Origin: a virus
Taxonomy: Duplodnaviria > Caudoviricetes
IMG/VR virus record: IMGVR_UViG_3300028833_000141
Location: 12,579 to 76,578 of that record
Direction: 5' to 3' (one strand)
Length of the DNA stretch: 64,000 nucleotides
This document shows positions 10,050 to 20,046 of this stretch, piece after piece. Position 1 is the stretch's first letter, and every line of letters begins with the position of its first letter. The notes beneath the pieces were generated by a model. The model saw nothing but the letters and a program-made list of their open reading frames with translations, made no database searches and was not told where the DNA came from. The position numbers were made by a program, and so were the translations under genes.

Positions 10050-10922
10050 TTAAAGTGCAGAGAATCTTTTCTTATCAGATTCTTGCACGGACAATAACAT
10101 CTTAGTAGTTTGCTTTATGCATTTAGATGTTCTTTTCTGATTTTTATTAGAAACATCATTATACATAAAGACTTCGCCAAGAGGCTTATTTAGTTTATAC
10201 AATAAAGAAATTGCTGCTGAAAATAAACCTTTTCGTCTTAAATAATCATCTTTCGTTTCAGGGTTTATATTATTAGCAGTATAAGCATTTGCAAAACACT
10301 CAATTGCCAAATCTTTTGCAATCGATATTTCACAATCCCTTTCACTTTTAGGCAATTCCTTCCTGATCTTATTTATATATCTTGATAGTAAATATAAATT
10401 TAATAAAAATCTTGTTTTCTTGATTTTATCGTAATTATATGCAAACATCCTTTTAAATTTGATCTTTGTTGATTTCTTTTCATCGAGAGCTTTAGCTAAT
10501 CCGTATATTAATGCAGTTTCTTTATTGATGATTTCAGCTAAATACACGCGACTATGATAGGGTATTGGTTTAAGACTTGTTTCTGTAGAAGAACTTAAAT
10601 TCCAATAATAATAAAAATATTTAATCAAATCATCAAATTCTGAGAGAACAGTTTTACATAAATCAAATCTTTTCTTATTTCTTTTCTTTTTAAATTCCGC
10701 ATTGTTCTTATCATCTGCATCATAGACACAATATAAATTATTAAGTTCTAAAATATCTTTATAAATATTATTTGCGATTTTCATAATTGGCTTCGAAATA
10801 TCATCTTGATATTTCGGAGGAATATTCCTCACTTTATTCTTAATTTCTTTATATACTCTATGATGATAATTATGAGAGTATTCAATAGTCGAAACTCTTC
10901 TATTATTCTTCAATATACTCAT
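10050..10922 (-). CDS. avd: DGR accessory protein Avd, apparently two tandem four-helix domains
   Basis: Lies between VR and TR; basic; two Avd-like blocks (IPPKYQDDISKPI..ELN and LPKSERD..LA..TAN); ends ESDKKRF. Confidence 0.75.
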   Translation of the reverse strand: MSILKNNRRVSTIEYSHNYHHRVYKEIKNKVRNIPPKYQDDISKPIMKIANNIYKDILELNNLYCVYDADDKNNAEFKKKRNKKRFDLCKTVLSEFDDLIKYFYYYWNLSSSTETSLKPIPYHSRVYLAEIINKETALIYGLAKALDEKKSTKIKFKRMFAYNYDKIKKTRFLLNLYLLSRYINKIRKELPKSERDCEISIAKDLAIECFANAYTANNINPETKDDYLRRKGLFSAAISLLYKLNKPLGEVFMYNDVSNKNQKRTSKCIKQTTKMLLSVQESDKKRFSAL

Positions 10923-10951
10923 TTTATTTCCTTTATTTTCAACATAATAAA

Positions 10952-10985
10952 TCGCTGACTTTTACCGGACTGTAAAAGCCAGCGA
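10952..10985 (-). promoter_or_regulatory. Hairpin/cruciform downstream of VR (DGR target-recognition element and/or terminator)
   Basis: TCGCTGACTTTTAC-cggact-GTAAAAGCCAGCGA, a 14-bp stem with one G.U, 40 nt after the target stop. Confidence 0.65.
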
Positions 10986-11024
10986 CTACATTTTTGTTAA
11001 TAATTCCTCAGATTAAGAGGGAAA

Positions 11025-14000
11025 TTAGATTGAGAAGCCGACCACGACACCATAGGCGTAGTTCGCGGCGCCGTAGTAGCCGTACGGATAGCCGTAAAAG
11101 AGGACATACATAAAGTAAGCAGAGTAGGAGGCATACGGTGAACGCTCCCACCAAAAGCTCGCACGAACCCAAAGACCACCATCATTAGCAGCAATTAAGT
11201 TGCCATCATTCAATCTCCAGAATCCCATACGAGTATGTTTAGCTTTTGTTTCTGCGCTAACATAAATATACCCTATACTTGAATTACCAGTATTAATCCA
11301 AATATCACCTTCTTTAACAGAACTACCTGTATATGCGGTAGGATCGGTATTCCCCGTATAGTATTCAGCATCTTCTGGAATAATAAACCCTGGAATCTTA
11401 ACCCTTGATTTATCAGATGTGAAGAACGAAATAGCAGTACCTTCATCCGAATATGGCTGACTTGTCCAACCGCCAAGCTCTCTGTTCGCAGGAAGATATA
11501 ACCTATCCTCAGAAGTAACAATCTCAGAAGATTGATTACCTGCTGATGCGTTAATCTTAACTGTTTTAATGATCGATTGCAGCCAATACGGAAGTCCATT
11601 CCAAACAAAGGTATTGAGGAATGTTCTCATTTCTGATTCATCCCAACCGCCAACATTTGTTGCAGTAGGATTCATTCTATGAAGCAAAGCTAAAGGATTA
11701 TTTGCTATCCACGAACTGTTGGTTTTTGTACTGGTTTGTCCGGCTAATCTATAACGATCAGCACCAGCAAATTCCATACGCTGTTTCTGATGTGGGAAAG
11801 ACGCAAGTTTGCGTGCGATTGTGTCTCCCAAATCATCGAACCAAACTTTGCACCAATGTATCCAGCCTTTGCCATAATAATCATGACCGCCATCACTGAA
11901 TCTAACAGCACCTAATGCGAGTTTCATACTTCCGCTCGTATCTCTTGTTCTGATAAGCTCCGTAACAGTTATTGCATCATTATATGTATCAGCATTTAAG
12001 TTGAATGTATAAACAAAGAGATGTGATGAACCTTTGGCATGTCTTAATACAACAATACCTCTCGTATCTGCATTTCCAACATTTACTGAGCGATCTCCCC
12101 ATTGTATAGTAGGGTTGCTGCTATATCTAAGTCTGAATCCCTCATTACCGCTCTCATCGAAACAAGAGACTAATGTTGCACCACTCTCATTTGTGTTCAA
12201 GAATTCAAAATCGATAGCCATAGTAAATGATGGCGAATCTTCATCAAATAAAGTAAAGTTGGTATCAAGATATTGAGTACCATCAAAATATCTATCTGTG
12301 ACAATAGTGTTTTCCTGAACATTATTAAATGTGAAATCAGACCCCATTGTAAATTCAAAGAAGTCTTTATCTTCAAAATAGCTACTTGCCATACCGGACT
12401 GGCATACTCCATACAGTTCTGCTGGACTCATATCACTTGCTTCTGTGCCAGCGATAGGACGTTCTTTTCTATCCCATACAGCGTATACATCAGTATCGCC
12501 TGTGATAAATCCTGTGCTCTTATCCCACTGTAAGAATACATTATAGATATATGAACTCTCTTCATCCGTTCTTGTAGGAATATCGCCTGAGTAATCAACG
12601 CATTCACCATATTCTGCGGTCTGTGTTTCCAATGGCAGACCTGCTCTTGAATACCATGTTACCGTGTACTCTCTGACTGTTGTGCTATAGACCGCCTTAA
12701 TAGATGTGGCTGCAAGAATCGCAGAATCTAAAGTATCCCATCCAGAGAAAGTATAATCATATTGTGCATCACTTTCATGTACAGGTGTAGAAATCCATCC
12801 TTCTGTAACCGGATTAGGTGGATATGAACCTCTATCCACATACCATGTGAATAAAATAGTAGTTTCATCATCATTATAATAGGTTACAAGATACTGAGTA
12901 ACAAGATTTCGTGGGTCATAAGTTACATCGAGATCAGCCCAATAATGAGTATAATTAAGAAGTTCCTGATTCCTTATCGCACCGCTGATATAAACATCAC
13001 CACTCAGCAAAGAACTATTCATAGCGATACATTTATTAAGTAAAACTGTATCTGGCAATGTCCAATCTATGCCGAGAATACGGATTGTTTGAAGTGTGTT
13101 TACTGCTGTCTGTAAGATCGATAAGGCATCAATATTTGAATATTCGCATATAAAAGTTTCCAGATTTGCGTAGCTTGCTACTACTAAATCTGTAAGATAA
13201 TTAATATTTCTAAAAGAAAGAGTTGAAATAGTTTCAGGCAAATGCGCTTTCTGCAATTTACCATTTGTTGCGAAAGATACGGCAGATATAGAAGTTCCTT
13301 CCGCATAGAAATTGAGTAAGTTAGCACAAGCTGTAAGGTTAACTGATCCCGTAAGGTTAGGGCAGTTTCTTACATCGAGCGTTTCAAGAAGAGTATTATT
13401 ACCCATATTCAATGTAGTAAGGAATGAGTTTTCGTATCCTTCCGTAGTATTACCAATAACCAAAGTTCTTAATTTAGAAGCCTTTGAAAAATCATTATCA
13501 TGTATATAACAAGCAGATAAATCGTTAAGTGCTTGTATCCTGGATGCACAGTAAATAAGAATTGCCGTATCATCCATTTCTGTGAGAGTTGTTGTTATTT
13601 CGTATTCCTGTCCGGCTTTCGCTCTAATTTGTTGTGGGTTAGAAGAGTTTCCGTAACGGACAGTTAAATACATATCGGAATAAGGAACAATTCTAAGAGT
13701 ATAATCAGGCTCAACAACTACACCGGATTGTGGAGTATTACATCTGAACATAATCTGATCAGCGGTAATGTTTGTTCCGATATATTTTGTTCCAATATAA
13801 GCCTCTTGATCTCTCTCGAATTGCCTTCTTTGGTATTTCTTTCTACCATTCATCATTTCATTGAGGAATCTGATAGTGCCACCTTGATATGTTCTGAGAT
13901 ATTTTCTCTCAATATCAAGCCGCCATAATTCCTCTGGGAATTGTGATTGCCATGCATCAAATTCATTGATAAGAGAAGTTGCGCTCCAACAATTCAAACT

Positions 14001-17000
14001 TTCTCTACTTCTGTACATGGCTTCAAGTTGACTTCCCATGAGGTTACGGATTCTGCGCCAAAATACATTTTCAGCAGCATTATAGATAAAGCCGGAAGAT
14101 GGATTTCCTTCTTGCTTATAATCTATATCTTCATGTCCGTAAGTCATTGTAAGCTCACCTGAGTTATTACATTCTGTTACTTTTATGACCTATTAAAAAA
14201 ATAGGCGAGAGAGGTTCTTCCAAAAGTGTCTTTACACTTGACCTCTCTTCTCGTGTTTCATTATTAAAAGGATTATTTCACGAGTTCAGACTATTGCATC
14301 ATCCTAAGATGTTCCTTCGCTTAGTCGTTGTTCCTCCATATATAAGCAATAAAAAACTCATGCTTTGCACGAGATTAAAGATGAATATATGGTTGGAAGG
14401 CGTTGTCCGTCCTTTCGGAGTTTCGCCGTATATCAGAAGGAATTTTTTATACTTGGCACAAATAATCTATGCCAAGTGCCGTGTCAAAGTCATAACCCCA
14501 TAAGTCGAAACGATAACCGTTATTTATCGCTGCTTTGGCATTATTGATAGTATAATTACGAGCATCAGAACCCATTTCGGTAGCTTCGGCTTCTGTGATA
14601 TAAGTTTTACCGTAGTGCCAGAATGTATTCTTAGCTCTGTTATCAATCATTGTGTATCTTTCAGTAAACAGATACCAATAAAGCGGTGATTCAGATATAA
14701 ACCAATCATCAATTTCTGATACAAATTCAGCGTCAGTCGAAGTGATAACCCATTCATACATATCGCGCCATACCTGTTTTGACGCTTCTTGCTGTGCTTC
14801 GATCTCCGCACTTGAAATTGTCTCACCGTCTTTTGTTCCCATATCATATCTAAACTCAAACGAATCATCCCATGCTTCATATAGAGATTGGCGTTTCAGA
14901 TTGTTCTCATTATTCCATTGTTCAGAAGTAATAGGGTAAACCATAGAAACACCCTCGTTAGGGTCATAAGTGATTTCATCATTTTCGTCAAGATAAACAC
15001 CAGTCTGAAACCAACTGTTAGGAAGTGTATTATCTGATACCTCGACAACAAATTCTGCTAAATCTGTCGGATCATTTACACGAGTGTTATCAGTTTTCTT
15101 TGAATCTCCAATATTTCCAATTCCATAGAAATGCCAGCCTGTATCGGCAAATTCTCTATGAGTAGAAACATCAGGATCACTTTCTTTAATAAAGATAACG
15201 CAGTTGCAAAATTCCATTGAGTTTTTAACAAATGGATTTCGCTTCTGTCCTGGCGTTTTATAAGGAATATAATCATTAAATCTCTTTTGGAGAAGGGCAT
15301 TATTCGCATTCTCAGAACTTGCGATATTCACCTTGATATTAAACCAATCATTAGGTACGGATGTACGAGTCAATGCGACTTTACCGCTACCATCTGAATA
15401 TTGTGTCCCATCGCCAAGCGTAAGTTCTGTAATATATGTTGAGTCAAGCGGAATCTTACTTACGACTTGATGTTCGCCATCAAAGCCGAAGATAATATCA
15501 ATATTTCTTCCTGCATAACCGTATTCATTTGATGTAGTTCCTTCAATTTGTTATCCTATAAGCTTTTTATCTTATAGTTCTAATAGTTACAATTCCTATT
15601 AGTTCAGCATATCTTTTCACCCTCGTTATAGCGTTAGGTTTGCAGTTCGCTAATCTGCTCAAATCACCCTATATGTGATTGTGCTGCGGACTCGTGGGAA
15701 GATTATATTCTGCTATGCAGTTTCACTTCCTATGCGTTGCGTGTGACTATATTGTTACACATAGCCTTCCACTCTGATTTGCATTTCAGCATCCCAGATT
15801 TCTTCCGCAGTAAATATATCTATATTTCTATAGATAGTGGGTAAGTTTTTCGCCCAGCATGATAACCATTGACGAATCTCCAATTATCTAAAATAGGATC
15901 ACCATTTTTATGAATACACTCAACATTCGTATATTTAACATAGTCCTTTTTATCGTTAGTAAAATGAGGACAATCGATTTTTATAACTTTCAAATCCGGA
16001 CAAGCATTAGCAACCGATTCCGGTGTTAATGTATTATTCTCGTCATAGATTTGATTTCTCTCATATCTTGCAATCATTGTTTCTGCGTCTGGCGCATCAG
16101 CAATAAAGTTCTTCAAGATATTTGAATCGGTCAAAGACGAAGAGTATGCTTTCATTCTATAAATGTATACATCACAATCATCTGAGCCGATAGTGATAGG
16201 AACAGGCTGATACTGATAAAGTCTGTGTGCATCACTATAAAGCATTGGACGAGCAGCAACACCATCCTCGTAACTCATAATATATGATGTCGCATCTTCA
16301 TTTTCCGTATCAAGCGGATTGATATTAAACTCATATTCAATAATATCCTCTTCGCTGTAAGGAGTATAAAGATTATCAGTTGACGAGTACAGATACGCTT
16401 CGTGAGCGTTCATCTTTAATCCAACCTTTACATTATCCTCAGTAGGATAACAAGACAGGAATGTGGTCTGATTATCCCTGACATTCATTGTCTTGAATCT
16501 AACCTTAAATTCCGCACCGGATTGTTTAGGATCATTAGCAAATAAGTTATAGCTAATATACGCCCTTGTTCCAGCCTTTACGCAGAAATATTGATTTCCG
16601 TCAGAATCAAGATTGTAACCACCGTTATTCCAATCGAAGTTTTCAGATACAGACATTTTGACATTAGCATTATTAGCATCTTGCCAAAGCCTGTTTGCGC
16701 TACTATTAGACATTCCAACAGGGTTAAAATCAAATTCGAGATTTGCTGTGACAGGGGATATATCGTATCCAAGTTCTGCAACATCAACCTTGATGGTTAC
16801 TGATGTAGCACCGCAAGTAATTGTCAATTCATGTAAAGCAATTTCTTCTGACTTGAACGCCCATGTATTAGCGTATGAAGATAATCTCAGAGTATTAACA
16901 ATTTCACCGTCTACTGATAATGTAACAGATGGGGTAGTAGTTCTTGGATCAAAAACAACATAAGGAATTGTAACGGTATTATACTGTTTCGCTTCAACTT

Positions 17001-19275
17001 CACCATAATGATCGTATCTGTAAATACAGCCGATAATTGGTACTGTAGATTCCGAATCGTACCACATAATATCCTTGAAGATATGTTCTGTTTCAATTTC
17101 TACATTATTGATTTCCGCTGTCATCCAACATTCAAGTAAATGTGCTCCATGTGCTTGTGATGGGAGAGAATATGACTGTAATACGCCGGATGCAGAGGTT
17201 GTTACAGATGTTAATTCAACGCCATCAAGCTTGAAATGAACAGTTTTTTGAATCGCTCCATAAGGTGTATATGTAAAGTTAACCGCTGAACCTACAGGAT
17301 AAGTATTCCTATCGCTGAAATTTGATTCAAGTCTTACATCCGTTACTTGAACAGTCCAACTCTTTACATTGATAGAGCCGCCTTCGTCTGTGACAGTCAG
17401 CGTAAACTTCTGACTTCCAATAGAACAATAATCAGTAATATCAAAGGTATTTCTGCCTTGTACAAGGTTTCCGCTCATAACCGTTGTTGAGCCACGTTTA
17501 ATTGTATATGTACCATCTACATATTCATTGTCTGAATCTGTCGATGAATAATCAATAACAATCAGAACAGGATCAGTGGTAGTACAAATAATAGGGGATG
17601 GGGTGATCTTATCTACAACAAGATTTGTAGTAGAACTTGAACCGCCACCGCCACCACTCGGAAGTGTGAACTGACTTTTTACTGTTTCTGTCGAACCATC
17701 GACTTCATATAATGTATATACATAAGTCTGATTATTTTCAGTCGTTAATGTCGCATAGTATGAAAGTCCTTCAACATCAATAGAATTGATTTGTTGTGCA
17801 AGCCTTTCAAGTGTTCTGCTCAGTCCTGTAATATTCTGCGTATTAACACTTACTTGGTCATTAAGTGCGCTTGTCATTACATCGATTTCACTCTTTGTGT
17901 AAGCATCTGAACCGATAGGACGGAAAGCATTATTAATCCATCTATAATGCTGATATAATCCTGCTGAGTTCAGAACATAATAATCAGTATATTCGTTTCC
18001 GCTTTCAGGAAGGGCAGATAATACTTCTGCTACTGAACCACCAACGATTTCCCAATATCCTGAGATATATTTATAGTAAATATAAGTTCCGTTATTTGCG
18101 AGAATGTAATCTGTATCTTCATCACCGACTTCTGGCAATTCAGTTACTACTAATGTTGTTGCGCTACCGAATGTATCCCATCTTGATACATTATTTTCAT
18201 CTGTAATCCACCAATATTTATCAAAACTGCCTGATGAATTTGGTATTAAATAGAATGTACGATTTTCTCCGACCGCTGGCAGTTCATTAACAATTGTGAT
18301 TGAAAATGCGTCATAGTCAGCTAATGCAGCCTGAGTGTAGTTTCTCGCAAGCATCAGTATGCCTTGAAGCGCATCATGCAGATTATTATAGGTGAGCGTA
18401 TCGCTTACTTGATAGGCTGCTCTGACAATACTTGCCAAATTATCAACGTCAAGTTGTACTGCGTCAGCCTTTGCTTTTGCATAATCGAATATATCTACTC
18501 GTCTGTTCTGAGGGTCATAGACAGACGGTTGCATAGCATTATCTGCTTTTACAAGCGTTGATTCAAAATCGGTATCGACTTTTGATCTTGATAAAGTACC
18601 GTCTGCAATACTCAGCGCAGCCATAGAACCAGAAGAAATGAGTTCAGCAAGTTCAGCCTGTACAGCATCATCAATAGCATTTGCGATAACATCACTGTTT
18701 TCAAGTGCGTCAAGCTGTTGTGCCATTCTATCGACTTGTGCCTGAGAAGCCTTTAATGATAATGCACTATTTATACTGTTGATGCTTGTTCCAATATCAT
18801 CTATATCCGACTGATCCGCTTTTGTATTAATCTGTCTTTGTAATTCTCTGTCGGCTGCAACTAACTCAGCAGAGTTTTGTTCATTCCATGTAGTAAGATT
18901 ATTTACTCTTGTTACAAGCTGTGTATATAATGATTGTGAAATATCTGTACTTTGAGCATCAGACACAAGAATATTAGGATCAATATTCAGAGTTAAATAA
19001 TTTGTAGTAGCAATTACATCTTCATCACTACCATATAACATAACGGTGCAAGTTCCAGGTTGTATTTCCGATGGTAAATAAGCTCCGTTATCCTCATCGA
19101 GATAAACATTATAAAATACTCCCTCTTGACCAAACTGAGCGAATGTAGTAAGACTATCCCATTCGCTTGGTAAATTAAATACCAGCTTTATAAAATTTTG
19201 TGTACCTTCAATAAGTGTTTTAAGGTTTGTCGTAACTTTTAATTTTTGATTAACGACAGCTATTAAAATTTCCAT
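11025..19275 (-). CDS. DGR-targeted tail fibre/receptor-binding protein, 3 exons (19275-15852, 15543-14469, 14169-11025), 2547 aa spliced
   Basis: Exons sum to 7644 nt = 2548 codons in frame; junctions restore HAGQGTTS and ALGINNSG. Contains BppU-like N-term, CotH-like, LRR-like, B-repeat-like, LamG-like and DUF6273/CLec-like C-terminal regions. Confidence 0.88.
11034..11173 (-). repeat. DGR variable region (VR) at the 3' end of the target gene
   Basis: About 25 substitutions at TR adenines, 1 G>T and one extra codon versus TR; GC-rich GGTGTCGTGGTCGG near the 3' end. Confidence 0.97.
14170..14468 (-). mobile_element. Group I intron (299 nt, no ORF)
   Basis: P1 ACUUGGCAU/GUGCCAAGU with U.G at the splice site; R CAACGACUA, S AAUAGUCU, P3 UUCCUUC/GAAGGAA; ends in G; removal restores the frame. 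Confidence 0.92.
15544..15851 (-). mobile_element. Group I intron (308 nt, no ORF), variant: C.A at the 5' splice site, P7 GCAUA/UAUGC
   Basis: P2 with GAAA loop, P3 CUGCGGA/UCCGCAG, P6a GGCUAU/AUAGUC, P9 hairpins, terminal G; removal restores the frame (C+AA = Gln). Confidence 0.82.
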
Positions 19276-19301
19276 ATATTATTCTCCTTTTCGGTAAAAA
19301 T

Positions 19302-19325
19302 AAAAGCGGTACGAATACCGCTTTT
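19302..19325 (-). terminator. Intrinsic terminator upstream of the DGR target gene
   Basis: AAAAGCGGTA-TTCG-TACCGCTTTT followed by ATTTTT on the minus strand. Confidence 0.8.
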
Positions 19326-19352
19326 GAAAACTATTAGAGATAACAGAACGAG

Positions 19353-19805
19353 TTATTTATCCTCGTTTTCCTCATTCTGTTTATCGTTTTCTTCTTCACA
19401 TAAAATGCTTTGAAGAATAATAATATCTTTTGGTGCAAGTACATCATACTTGCCATTATTATCATCATAATTGAATAATTCTTCGTCAATATGATAAAGG
19501 TCTATATCGAGTTCTATGTCTGCAAGCTCCTGATATTCTTCGCGGAAATCTTCAAAATGTCCGTCAAGTTTGAAAACAGGTGAACCGTTATCCGCTCTTA
19601 TAATTTCTCCATCATCATCCTTTTTAATATCATCGTCATACTTTTTTTCAAGCTGACGAAACGCCATTTCATAGGTATCTACTTCCGGTTGAAGTTTTTT
19701 AAGATTTTTTATTATGGCATATGATATTTTTTGAGGAAATTTCATTCCTAATAAACTATCCAATATTTGATATATATTTATTATTTCCAAATTTTTATAT
19801 TTCAT
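19353..19805 (-). CDS. Hypothetical tail-region protein (DUF1617-like, tentative)
   Basis: 150 aa ORF with RBS; SYAIIKNLKKL..E pattern. Confidence 0.6.
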   Translation of the reverse strand: MKYKNLEIINIYQILDSLLGMKFPQKISYAIIKNLKKLQPEVDTYEMAFRQLEKKYDDDIKKDDDGEIIRADNGSPVFKLDGHFEDFREEYQELADIELDIDLYHIDEELFNYDDNNGKYDVLAPKDIIILQSILCEEENDKQNEENEDK

Positions 19806-19827
19806 TATCTTTCTCCTAAATTCTTAA

Positions 19828-20046
19828 TTAAGAATCACTATCTTCTTGACTGTGCGCAAAAAATTTATGTTCAATCACTTGTCCTTCTTCCGTTAAAATT
19901 GCAGCGGAATGAAGCGGCAATTGGCTTTTTGCTGCGTATGAAAGAACAGAATAATACTTACTATACGCATCATTTCTATTATCATATGAGTCAACAAGCG
20001 TTGCTACGCTATTACTCTTTTGAATTTCAATTACTATATAATTCAT
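19828..20046 (-). CDS. Hypothetical small protein
   Basis: 72 aa, GGAGG RBS, overlaps the end of the upstream tail gene. Confidence 0.6.
   Translation of the reverse strand: MNYIVIEIQKSNSVATLVDSYDNRNDAYSKYYSVLSYAAKSQLPLHSAAILTEEGQVIEHKFFAHSQEDSDS

Noticed and set aside
10997-11194. 65-aa alternative-frame ORF over VR
   Set aside because: By-product of the GC-rich VR; no RBS, and overlaps the real target frame
14148-15851. Stop-codon reassignment explaining the fragmented tail genes
   Set aside because: The gaps contain group I core elements and stops in several frames; other genes end normally in TAA, TAG or TGA
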